Part shown: piece by piece, positions 28,349-36,987 of the stretch | How positions within the stretch are numbered: position 1 is the first letter of the stretch | Layout of the letters: each line of letters begins with the position of its first letter | Assembly: GCA_036480375.1 (NCBI GenBank) | Contig: JAZGGI010000003.1 | Span: 141,892-205,891 of the forward strand | From: Candidatus Zixiibacteriota bacterium | GTDB lineage: Bacteria; Zixibacteria; MSB-5A5; GN15; JAAZOE01 | DNA: 64,000 nucleotides | Direction: 5' to 3' | Position numbers and translations under genes: made by a program | Notes under the pieces: generated by a model | What the model was told of the DNA's origin: nothing | Databases searched by the model: none | What the model saw: only the letters and a program-made list of their open reading frames with translations

Positions 28349-29890
28349 TTAATTTACTCCGCCGACTGTGATTGATGAGACTAAAACGGAAGGCAATCCT
28401 ACTGAAACAGGTACTCTCTGACCGGATTTACCGCAAGTCCAGCCGCCTTCGGCAAATTTAAAATCATCGGCGACCATTGATATCCGGCCCAGAACTTCTG
28501 GCCCATTTCCTATGATATTAATATCTTTTACCGGCCGGGTAACTTTGCCTTCCTCGATTAGAAAACCGGTTTTAACGTAAAACGAGAAATCGCCGGGTCC
28601 AATATTCACCTGTCCACCGGCAAATGTTTCGGCGAAAATGCCCTTTTTCACGCTGGCAATAATTTCTTCTTTTTTATAAGGCCCCGGCAGCATATAAGTA
28701 TTTCTCATTCTGGGCAGGGGCTGATGGCGGAACGACTGGCGGCGACCGTTACCGGTCGGCTTAACTTTATAATACCTGGAGCTAATTTGATCATGAAGGT
28801 AACTTCTGAGGATACCGTTTTCTACCAGAACCGTTTTTTGGCTCTCGTTTCCTTCGTCATCGATATTTATGGAACCTCTCATATGTTGATTTGTACCGTC
28901 ATCCACTATTGATACAAAATTCTCCGCGACCTTTTTGCCCATCTTATCCGCAAAAATCGAAGTTCCCTTGCGATTGAAATCGGCTTCCATCCCATGGCCA
29001 ATCGCCTCGTGCAACAATATTCCGGAACTCCCCGCCGCTAAAACAACCGGCATCTCCCCGGCTTCCGGTTTAACCGCATCGAATAGACCGACCGTTTGAT
29101 CCACCGCTTTTTGGGTCATATACTCGATTTTATCATCGGTGATAAATTCAATTCCCCTTCTCCCGCTGAGATTATGGGAGCCGTTTTCACGTTTACCGTT
29201 TTGTTCGGCAGTGCATGAGATGCTTATCCTCATCATTGGCTGATAATCATAGGAAACGACACCTTCCGAGGTGGCCAACAACATATAAGATACCCCGTCG
29301 CTCAAATATGCCCTGGTTTTAACTATCCGAGAGTCTTTGGATTGAGCCAATTCTCCCGCCTTTTGTATCAAGGGAATACGCTTGTCAATCTCAACCGACT
29401 CCCAGGATGTTCGAATCGGATAATAATCGGCCGGTATTCTGGCCGAGAACTGAGTCGCCGTCGTACCTGCGGGACCGGAGGCAATATTGGCCGCGGTTCG
29501 GGCCGCCAATTTCATCGCTTCGGGGGTTATTTCCTCGGTAAATGAATAACCGGTTTGATCATCTTTCAACACTCGTATACCAACTCCAAAATCCACCGAG
29601 GTTGAAGCTCGGCTAACAACATCATCTTCCAAACCGATGTAAGTATTAATACTGTGTTGAAAGAAAAGGTCACAATAGTTTCCACCGCGCGACAGAGCCG
29701 TTTCCATAACTTCCCTAATAATGGCTCCATTAACGCCAAAATGCTGAAAATAATCGGATACCGACATCAAATCATCTTCCGGGGCTGCTAACACCGCCAT
29801 TGGATTTAGCCTGAAGAAATATGGTACGCTGATTAAAACGGCTCCTTTAGCCCCCGTTTTAAGGAACTTCCTGCGTGTAATTTCCGTCAT
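28349..29890 (-). CDS. tldD: TldD family metalloprotease with twin-arginine signal peptide
   Basis: N-terminal TRRKFLKTGAKGAVL...AAPE (consensus S/T-R-R-x-F-L-K). HEAIGHGMEADF active-site motif. C-terminal GDFSFYVKTGFLIEEGK. Confidence 0.88.
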   Translation of the reverse strand: MTEITRRKFLKTGAKGAVLISVPYFFRLNPMAVLAAPEDDLMSVSDYFQHFGVNGAIIREVMETALSRGGNYCDLFFQHSINTYIGLEDDVVSRASTSVDFGVGIRVLKDDQTGYSFTEEITPEAMKLAARTAANIASGPAGTTATQFSARIPADYYPIRTSWESVEIDKRIPLIQKAGELAQSKDSRIVKTRAYLSDGVSYMLLATSEGVVSYDYQPMMRISISCTAEQNGKRENGSHNLSGRRGIEFITDDKIEYMTQKAVDQTVGLFDAVKPEAGEMPVVLAAGSSGILLHEAIGHGMEADFNRKGTSIFADKMGKKVAENFVSIVDDGTNQHMRGSINIDDEGNESQKTVLVENGILRSYLHDQISSRYYKVKPTGNGRRQSFRHQPLPRMRNTYMLPGPYKKEEIIASVKKGIFAETFAGGQVNIGPGDFSFYVKTGFLIEEGKVTRPVKDINIIGNGPEVLGRISMVADDFKFAEGGWTCGKSGQRVPVSVGLPSVLVSSITVGGVN

Positions 29891-30024
29891 ATCTAACTCC
29901 GATCTTCTCTTTGTGGTAATTCTCCAAAAAACTTACGAAAAACCTTGAGGGCGCCCTTTTTCCTGTTTATACAATCAAAGTGAGCTATATTCCGCTTTCA
30001 TAAGCCTGAAATAAAAATCTCTTG

Positions 30025-30507
30025 TCACAGACTTTTTATCTTTTTTATAAGATTTGTGGTGGAGCGACCGACAGATAATTTTATCCGTATAACTTTCCCG
30101 CCACTGGATTTTACAAAATCCGCTCCCACTATATCTTTAATTTTATAGTCAGCTCCTTTGACGAGGAAATCCGGTCGAATTAGCTGAATTAGTTTTAGCG
30201 GCGTCGGTTCGGAAAAATAAACGATATAATCAACACATTCCAGAGCAGATAACACTCCGGCGCGATCCGATTGACGATTTAAGGGCCTGCCTGACCCCTT
30301 AAATTTTTTGACCGATTTATCGGTATTCAACCCGATAATCAAAACGTCACCGAGTGCTTTTGCCTTCCGCAAATAACGGACATGACCGATATGCAAAATA
30401 TCAAATACACCGTTGGTGAATACGATTTTTTGTCTGCGTGCTCGCAAACGCGTGCATAATTTTCCGATATTTTTTCGCGCCGCTAATTTGCCTATAATAT
30501 CACTCAT
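30025..30507 (-). CDS. hldC: D-glycero-beta-D-manno-heptose 1-phosphate adenylyltransferase (RfaE domain II type)
   Basis: Cytidylyltransferase motif FTNGVFDILHIGHVRYL. About 160 aa. Confidence 0.9.
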   Translation of the reverse strand: MSDIIGKLAARKNIGKLCTRLRARRQKIVFTNGVFDILHIGHVRYLRKAKALGDVLIIGLNTDKSVKKFKGSGRPLNRQSDRAGVLSALECVDYIVYFSEPTPLKLIQLIRPDFLVKGADYKIKDIVGADFVKSSGGKVIRIKLSVGRSTTNLIKKIKSL

Positions 30508-30513
30508 GAACAG

Positions 30514-31503
30514 CTATATACTTTCCGCAAATGAGTTCGTCAGCTTACTCTTTGTGATAAAGGCCGTCCCGACTTCCCCAACCACAACTCCGGCCGCCTG
30601 ATTGGAAATAACGGTCGCCTCTTCCAACGAAGCTCCGGCAGCGATTGCTGAAACAAAAGAGGCGATTACCGTGTCTCCGGCGCCGGTAACATCATATACT
30701 TTTCTAGCCATTGTAGGAATAATCTGTAGGTCACTGCCCCTTTGAAAAAGAGCCATCCCCTTCAGGCCGAGAGTGACCAATATTGAGAGAGGATCGAGTT
30801 TTTTCATCAACCCTTCACCGACGGTTTTTAATGACTCCTCATCGGTTATTTTAAGCCCAAAAGCGCGTCCCGCCTCATGATGATTGGGAGTTATCAAAGA
30901 TACTTTTCCGTAAAGCGGAAAATTTCCATCCTTGGGGTCGACGGCGATAAAAATGTCTTCTTTGAGACTGAAATCTATTAACTCTTTCAAGAGCGATTTG
31001 GTTATCATACCTTTGCCATAATCGGAAATAATGATCGCTTTCAATCCATCCTTTCGAGCGTCAAGAAGCGACATCACCCGGGATTCCATTTCTTCCGAAA
31101 TATCCGACCGAACCTCTTTATCCGCCCTGACAACCTGCTGATTATGAGCGATAATCCTTGTTTTTATCGTCGTTGGTCGTTGAGGATTGGTTACTAACCC
31201 GGCCGTATCAATGCCCTGTTCGCGGAGCAGCCAATCGAGAATCGACGCCGGGCTATCGTTGCCGACTATTCCGATTAAAAGCGGTTTATCCTCCAATCCG
31301 ATGATATTGGCTGCCACGTTGGCCGCGCCCCCGGGCGACGATGATTCGCGATTAATCTGAACGACCGGAACCGGCGCCTCAGGCGAAATCCGTTCGACTT
31401 CTCCCCAGAGGTATTCATCGAGCATAACATCGCCGATGACGGCGATTTCATTTCCGCCAATATTATCTATTATCGATTTGGCTTTCATCTTATCAATCGT
31501 CAT
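30514..31503 (-). CDS. hldA: D-glycero-beta-D-manno-heptose-7-phosphate kinase (RfaE domain I type)
   Basis: PfkB-family kinase with GGAANVA and a C-terminal DVTGAGDTV motif. Sits immediately upstream of hldC. Confidence 0.9.
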   Translation of the reverse strand: MTIDKMKAKSIIDNIGGNEIAVIGDVMLDEYLWGEVERISPEAPVPVVQINRESSSPGGAANVAANIIGLEDKPLLIGIVGNDSPASILDWLLREQGIDTAGLVTNPQRPTTIKTRIIAHNQQVVRADKEVRSDISEEMESRVMSLLDARKDGLKAIIISDYGKGMITKSLLKELIDFSLKEDIFIAVDPKDGNFPLYGKVSLITPNHHEAGRAFGLKITDEESLKTVGEGLMKKLDPLSILVTLGLKGMALFQRGSDLQIIPTMARKVYDVTGAGDTVIASFVSAIAAGASLEEATVISNQAAGVVVGEVGTAFITKSKLTNSFAESI

Positions 31504-31631
31504 TGAGTCCGAACCTTGATTTTGGTTGACTTAATCCGATAATATATTAGCTTTTATTCAAATCGCAAGCGAATTGGCGCTTGGCTTTAATTACATTTTT
31601 CACACGATGACCGCTTTGGAACGGAGGTTTT

Positions 31632-31958
31632 ATGAAACCGCAGAAACCGCAGATTAATATTGAATTGGGCGACAAGGAAGCTGAAGGAATTTACTCCAAC
31701 CTGGCTCTGATCTCACATTCGCCTTCGGAGATTATTTTCGATTTCGCCCGCCTTATGCCGGGGACTCGTAAAGGCAAGGTCTATTCGCGAATTATTATGA
31801 CTCCATCGCACGCCAAAATGCTTCTGGGAGCGTTGGAGGACAATATTAAAAAATTCGAAAACCAGTTCGGCGAAATCAAAATACACGGCAAAGAGCAGCA
31901 ATCAAATATCGGCTTTGCGGCTTCAGGCTCAAGCGATGACGCAAAAAAGGATGAGTAA
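31632..31958 (+). CDS. DUF3467 domain-containing protein
   Basis: GIYSNLALISHSPSEIIFDFARLMPG...RIIMTPSHAKMLLGALEDNIKKFENQFGEI matches the family pattern. Confidence 0.75.
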   Translation: MKPQKPQINIELGDKEAEGIYSNLALISHSPSEIIFDFARLMPGTRKGKVYSRIIMTPSHAKMLLGALEDNIKKFENQFGEIKIHGKEQQSNIGFAASGSSDDAKKDE

Positions 31959-32053
31959 ACTTGCCAGATTCTTCAGAGCATGTTGAAAAAGTATCGGAGG
32001 GTCATTGCGAGGAGTCCCGTGAAAGCGGGACGACGCGGCAATCTAAATATGTT

Positions 32054-32094
32054 CCGTCAGGTCTTGGACGCCGAAGGCGGGTGTGACCTGACGG
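32054..32094. repeat. perfect 10-bp inverted repeat (CCGTCAGGTC...GACCTGACGG) enclosing a GC-rich mini-hairpin
   Basis: Seen directly. The 21-nt loop contains CGCC-GAA-GGCG followed by GGTGTG. A second imperfect hairpin (ATTGC...TCCCG-tgaaag-CGGGA...GCAAT) lies at 32004-32042. Confidence 0.7.
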
Positions 32095-32126
32095 CAAAAA
32101 ATATTGACAATTTATCAGGATAACTG

Positions 32127-32348
32127 ATGCTATTCGACTCCGACAATGCCCGCAATACCAAAACCTGCCCTTTCTGCAGGGAATTTATTGACAAAAGCGC
32201 CGTTCGCTGTCCGCATTGTCACGCCGATCTTAAGACCCCCAAAGCGATGAAAAAGAGGCCGTTTTACTGCGGTAATTTCATGCTCGGCATCTATACCGCG
32301 ACAATTTTCTGGTTATTCGTAATAATTTATTATATCTGGAAATATTGA
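32127..32348 (+). CDS. small zinc-ribbon membrane protein (hypothetical)
   Basis: CPFC...CPHC zinc-ribbon followed by one or two hydrophobic helices. 73 aa. Confidence 0.55.
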   Translation: MLFDSDNARNTKTCPFCREFIDKSAVRCPHCHADLKTPKAMKKRPFYCGNFMLGIYTATIFWLFVIIYYIWKY

Positions 32349-32357
32349 ATTCTAATC

Positions 32358-33131
32358 TTAAAGTTTAATTCGCATTCCATCCTGAGCAATAATAAGATTC
32401 TTATATCCGGCTTTTTGGGCCTGCGCGATTGCACCATTGGTATCAAAATCTTCGGCGAGATGAGTCAAAACGACTTTTCCAACATTGTAATCCAGAGCCA
32501 TATCTATCATACTCGCAATTTCAATATGGGTTGATTCGACTACGAGCAAATCGACATCAGTCAGATAAGCTCCCAAATCCTTCTCTGAGCCCAAATCAGC
32601 CGAATAAACTATTGATTTGTCGCTGGCGTGAATCAAATACGAAAAACACTGCATCTGATTTTTAAATCCAAAATCTTTAATCAAATCAGCATGACCGATA
32701 AGATGCGTATTGAGAATGGGGTGAATAGAAATACCATCAAGATTGATAGTGTCCCCTTTGTTCACCGGCAGGAAATTTATTTCAAACGGCAACTTTTCCG
32801 GAAAAAGATATAGGGCATGAAAATAATCCCTAATCGGCCGGATGATTTCAGAAGGGAGATAAATATCAATCGAATCCCGCCTCCCCGCCAGATACTGCAT
32901 CTGAACAAAAAGCGGCAAATCGGATATATGGTCAGGATGAGTATGCGAAATAACTATTGATTTTACATCAATAGGATCAAAGCCCTGCCGTCGAAACGCC
33001 GAAGACACTCCTCCTCCACAGTCAAATTGATTAAGTCCATCATCAACATCCAAAACATAACCCGAATTAACCCGGTCAGCCTGCGGCATCCCCGCTGACG
33101 ATCCCAGAATTGTAAATTTTATTTTATCCAT
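32358..33131 (-). CDS. MBL-fold metallo-hydrolase (RNase Z-like)
   Basis: ISHTHPDHISDLP (HxHxDH) motif and family-length ORF. Confidence 0.85.
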   Translation of the reverse strand: MDKIKFTILGSSAGMPQADRVNSGYVLDVDDGLNQFDCGGGVSSAFRRQGFDPIDVKSIVISHTHPDHISDLPLFVQMQYLAGRRDSIDIYLPSEIIRPIRDYFHALYLFPEKLPFEINFLPVNKGDTINLDGISIHPILNTHLIGHADLIKDFGFKNQMQCFSYLIHASDKSIVYSADLGSEKDLGAYLTDVDLLVVESTHIEIASMIDMALDYNVGKVVLTHLAEDFDTNGAIAQAQKAGYKNLIIAQDGMRIKL

Positions 33132-33299
33132 TTCCGTTTATCCTTAGGTTTTGTCAACAATTATTAATCTATTCGAAAATCACTTCCCTGTTTGGGAACA
33201 TCCTTAAGGTTCAATCGTAAAAAACATTGCCCTCTATATTGAGGGTTTGACAAAGGATAGTTGCGCATACAACACCATCCTTTTTCATGACTTCTTCCG

Positions 33300-33337
33300 G
33301 CCCGAATCCTTTTGGATTCGGGCTTTATTATTTTTTT
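33300..33337 (+). terminator. strong hairpin + T-tract, oriented for the plus strand (or bidirectional)
   Basis: GCCCGAATCC-tttt-GGATTCGGGC is followed by TTTATTATTTTTTT on the plus strand. It lies 6 nt beyond the ltaE stop, but the T-run is on the opposite strand. Confidence 0.6.
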
Positions 33338-33342
33338 CGAAT

Positions 33343-34392
33343 TTATCCGGCGGCCGACATAACTTTGGCGACGGCTTCGACCGCTTTTTTGCAATCTTCT
33401 TCATTAACATCAAGATGAGTGACAAATCGAACTCGAGCGGAGCCGAACGGCACGCATAAAACTCCCTCTTTCCTGAGCGCCTCAATAAATGTCTCAGCCG
33501 TATATATCTCCGGATCAATATCAACGATAACAATATTCGTCTGCACTGTTTCCATATCAATCGTCAATCCGTCGACACGAGACATGCCCGCCGCGAGAGT
33601 ATTTGCGTTCATGTGGTCATAAGCCAGACGGGAGATATTATTTTCGAGAGCGTAAATCCCGGCCGCGGCGATAATCCCGACTTGCCTCATCCCACCGCCG
33701 AACATTTTCCGCGTCCGTCTCGCCCGCTCAATAAATTCCTCCGAGCCCGAAAGAACCGAACCGATAGGGGCACCAAGTCCCTTTGACAGGCACACCGAAA
33801 CTGAATCAAAATATGAAGCATATTCCGCCAGCGAAATCCCGGTCGCCACATGAGCGTTCCAGAGTCGGGCACCATCAAGATGCATCCAGAGATCGTTTTT
33901 CCGGGCGACCTTTTCGATCTCCGCAATTGTTTCTTTGGGATAGATTGTCCCGCCAGCGCGATTATGAGTATTTTCCAGCGCGACTATTTTCGTTCGTGGG
34001 CAATGAATATTTATCGGTCTGATATTTTGCTCTATCGTTTCCGCCGACAGGATGCCTTTATCTCCGGGCAATAAATGTACCAGAAGTCCGGAAATCGCCG
34101 CGGGCGCCGCGGCTTCATAATTAACGATATGACATCCGGTCTCACATAAAATTTCATCGCCCCTGTCACTGGTGGTATATAACGCGATTTGATTGGACAT
34201 TGTCCCCGAAGGAACATAAACGGCCGCCTCTTTATTCAATAATTCCGCGACCTTTCGCTCAAGTTCTTTAACGGTTGGATCATCACCAAAAACATCGTCG
34301 CCCACAACCGCTTGAGACATTATCGTCCGCATTCCCTCACTCGGCTTGGTGACGGTATCGGATCTTAAATCAATAAATTCATTCTTACCCAT
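33343..34392 (-). CDS. ltaE: low-specificity L-threonine aldolase
   Basis: DLRSDTVTKPSEGMR...GDDVFGDDPTV...GTMSNQIAL...SVCLSKGLGAPIGS (PLP lysine context). Confidence 0.9.
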   Translation of the reverse strand: MGKNEFIDLRSDTVTKPSEGMRTIMSQAVVGDDVFGDDPTVKELERKVAELLNKEAAVYVPSGTMSNQIALYTTSDRGDEILCETGCHIVNYEAAAPAAISGLLVHLLPGDKGILSAETIEQNIRPINIHCPRTKIVALENTHNRAGGTIYPKETIAEIEKVARKNDLWMHLDGARLWNAHVATGISLAEYASYFDSVSVCLSKGLGAPIGSVLSGSEEFIERARRTRKMFGGGMRQVGIIAAAGIYALENNISRLAYDHMNANTLAAGMSRVDGLTIDMETVQTNIVIVDIDPEIYTAETFIEALRKEGVLCVPFGSARVRFVTHLDVNEEDCKKAVEAVAKVMSAAG

Positions 34393-34446
34393 AATAATAC
34401 CCCGTTATACAATTTATTCAACGCTTTTCCATATTTCATAATATAA

Positions 34447-35079
34447 TCAAAACGCCGCAAAAAAAATCGCTCCCGGATAGTTCATTAAATTCATAATCCC
34501 CAGCATTACCAATCCGGAACTGATCGGTACAAATAAATTATCATCTAATTTGCCGCAAAAAGCTTCGGCTAAAGTGGCGGTTAAGGCGCCGATCAGGCCA
34601 ACTGCCGTCGGTAATCCCGGAATCACAAATGAAACCGCTACCAACGAAATCAAACACGCCAGCGAGCCTTCAATTGATTTTTTTTTGTAAAGTTTATGTT
34701 TTCCAAACCTGCGTCCTATCAGAGCCGCGGCGGTATCGCCGATTATTATAAAAACCAGAGCCGCAATAGCGATCGGTTTAGGAAAAAATATGATGCACAA
34801 GGCCGCAGTTGTTAAAATATAACTGGCGCCGGTAAATCCGCCTTTGACTTCATGATCCCGGATAATAGGTGTTAAGATGATCGAAAGATATTTCCAGATT
34901 TTCCATTGCCTGAATCTTGAGATGTCTATGAGTATCGCAACTACCGCGGCCAGGGCCACCCCGAAGACCGCCGTCTGAAAAGCAACCAAAGCGTAACCAA
35001 TGGGAATTACGAGCGCAAAGAGATGAATGCCCTTGCGGATAAATTCTGCCGCCAGCGTAATTTCTTCTGCTTCATTCAT
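34447..35079 (-). CDS. CTP-dependent polyprenol/diacylglycerol kinase family membrane protein (dolichol/phytol kinase-like, CdsA superfamily)
   Basis: Polytopic protein with GDTAAALIGRRFGKHKL...KSIEGSLA, as in the SEC59/DGK1/VTE5 family. Confidence 0.7.
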   Translation of the reverse strand: MNEAEEITLAAEFIRKGIHLFALVIPIGYALVAFQTAVFGVALAAVVAILIDISRFRQWKIWKYLSIILTPIIRDHEVKGGFTGASYILTTAALCIIFFPKPIAIAALVFIIIGDTAAALIGRRFGKHKLYKKKSIEGSLACLISLVAVSFVIPGLPTAVGLIGALTATLAEAFCGKLDDNLFVPISSGLVMLGIMNLMNYPGAIFFAAF

Positions 35080-35106
35080 ATAAGTTAATACAATAACTCG
35101 AAATCA

Positions 35107-36879
35107 TTAAGGATTTATCGGTTTGCGATATAAATCACCCAGTCTATCCCAATAAATTTTCGGCGGTTCGCTCAGCCGGCCTTCAACAAATTCCCAAATT
35201 AGATCATGTTTGTGATTATCCAGCATCATTTTTCTAATCCCCGATTTTACCGCCGCAAATTCCTTATCCGGGGTCTTTTCCAAAACTTTGATAATATGAT
35301 ATCCATATTCCGTTTTAACGGGACGCGAAACTTCTCCAACCTTCGTTGCCAACGCTCTCCTCCAGAATGCGCCGGGCATATCCCTTTCCCCAATATATCC
35401 AAGATTCGCCGCGGCCCGTTTGATATCCGGGTCACCCGGATAGTATTGATCGACCAGTTCCATAAAATCGGCGCCAGAATTGGCAACATCGCGAACATGG
35501 ATAGCCAAACTTGAATCAGAAAATATTACATGTTGTACTTTTAAGGGCCTATCGGCCCTGTATTTTTCAATATTGTCGTTATAATATCTTAAAAGCTCAT
35601 CTTCAGTCAGCTCGTAACCATCCTCCAGTAAATCTTTTTTGAGAGTAGCCACTCCATACTTTAAAATAGTCCCATCAGACCATTTTCGAAAATCAGGATG
35701 ATCGGCGTAGCCATGTTCCGTGGCATAGGCAATAATCACGTATTTCAACACAAATTCACGAATAGCCTCAATCTTATCGGAGATACCGAGGGGATATGCC
35801 AGGCCATTTCTTTTCATATAGAGACCTATTTGGGCGCGATATTCATTAAATGTTATCGTATCAACCCGATTACCCGGGTCATCCGCGTTTACAATCGCCA
35901 AAATATCTGAATATTCATGCAATGTATCATTAATTGCTATTGCCGCGGTATCAAAATAAATATTCGCATCAGCCCTTAGAGTATCCAAAAATGCTTGCCC
36001 GTTAATAGTGGCTTGCTGTTTTTTCAAATACTCTAATATTCCATCATATAATGAATCGACCGGGGTATAATGCTCTTCAGTATGATCCTCGACCTTTATC
36101 ACGTGCCATCCATATTTGGTTTTTATGACTCCCGATATTGAATCCACCGGTGTGTGCTGGATCGCGGAATCAAAGGGCGCGACCATCTTGGAAAGTTCAA
36201 AATAACCCAGATCTCCCCCGATACCGGCGCTCCGTTCGTCATACGAATACATGATCGCCAGGGTATCGAATCCTTCTCCATTAATCGCTCTTTGCCTCAA
36301 CTCCATTACCATATCCCTGGCGAGAGCATCCAGTTCGGCGTCCGATTTACCTTTATATTTTAGCGAATCCTCTCCTGATTTAAGATTATATCCTGATATG
36401 ACAATATGGCGGGCGCGATATTTCTCCGGACTGATAAATCTTTCTTTCATCTGCTCGTATGTAACATAAACCATCGAATCGTCAACTACTACATTCGCGA
36501 CAATATGATTATCATAAAAGAACCGTATCAGAAAATCGTCGTACATGTCTTTATATTGTTTTTCCAACAATGGCTGAGTGGACAAATCAAAATTAGCCGC
36601 GTCCACCGCGAGGAGTGAATCGAGCAGTAAATTATAGACGGTCTCAATAGCCGTCACAGAATCAATGACTGTTTTCGACATGGGCATTTGATCTTCATTA
36701 AACCTCTGAGCCATCATGTCTATATCGATGGGAAGGAAATTATTATCGGCGAAAATAATAGGGCGTGTTGTATCGACCGGAGATTCTTCGCCTGAAACAT
36801 CTATTTTACTCCCGCCCTGACAGCCTGACATAATAATCGCCAGACTATATAAAATAAAGATCAACGCCGCTTTGTTCAT
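35107..36879 (-). CDS. lipoprotein peptidyl-prolyl isomerase with two parvulin domains (SurA/PrsA-like)
   Basis: MNKAALIFILYSLAIIMSGC lipobox from the internal ATG at 36879. Two parvulin signatures: GGDLGYF...KYGWHVIKV and LGYIGERDM...EYGYHIIKV. Confidence 0.85.
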   Translation of the reverse strand: MNKAALIFILYSLAIIMSGCQGGSKIDVSGEESPVDTTRPIIFADNNFLPIDIDMMAQRFNEDQMPMSKTVIDSVTAIETVYNLLLDSLLAVDAANFDLSTQPLLEKQYKDMYDDFLIRFFYDNHIVANVVVDDSMVYVTYEQMKERFISPEKYRARHIVISGYNLKSGEDSLKYKGKSDAELDALARDMVMELRQRAINGEGFDTLAIMYSYDERSAGIGGDLGYFELSKMVAPFDSAIQHTPVDSISGVIKTKYGWHVIKVEDHTEEHYTPVDSLYDGILEYLKKQQATINGQAFLDTLRADANIYFDTAAIAINDTLHEYSDILAIVNADDPGNRVDTITFNEYRAQIGLYMKRNGLAYPLGISDKIEAIREFVLKYVIIAYATEHGYADHPDFRKWSDGTILKYGVATLKKDLLEDGYELTEDELLRYYNDNIEKYRADRPLKVQHVIFSDSSLAIHVRDVANSGADFMELVDQYYPGDPDIKRAAANLGYIGERDMPGAFWRRALATKVGEVSRPVKTEYGYHIIKVLEKTPDKEFAAVKSGIRKMMLDNHKHDLIWEFVEGRLSEPPKIYWDRLGDLYRKPINP

Positions 36880-36987
36880 ATATGTTACCTCTGTTGAATT
36901 TGGCCACAAATTAAGACATTACACCCAAAAATCAAGCAAAAGTTCCTTGAGATTTATGTTCATTACTTTAAGAGGTTGCAGATGTGT

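Noticed and set aside
30025-31503. Split hldA/hldC as a frameshifted hldE pseudogene
   Set aside because: Each ORF is full-length for its domain and has its own ATG, and they are separated by only 6 nt. Separate kinase and adenylyltransferase genes are a known natural arrangement.
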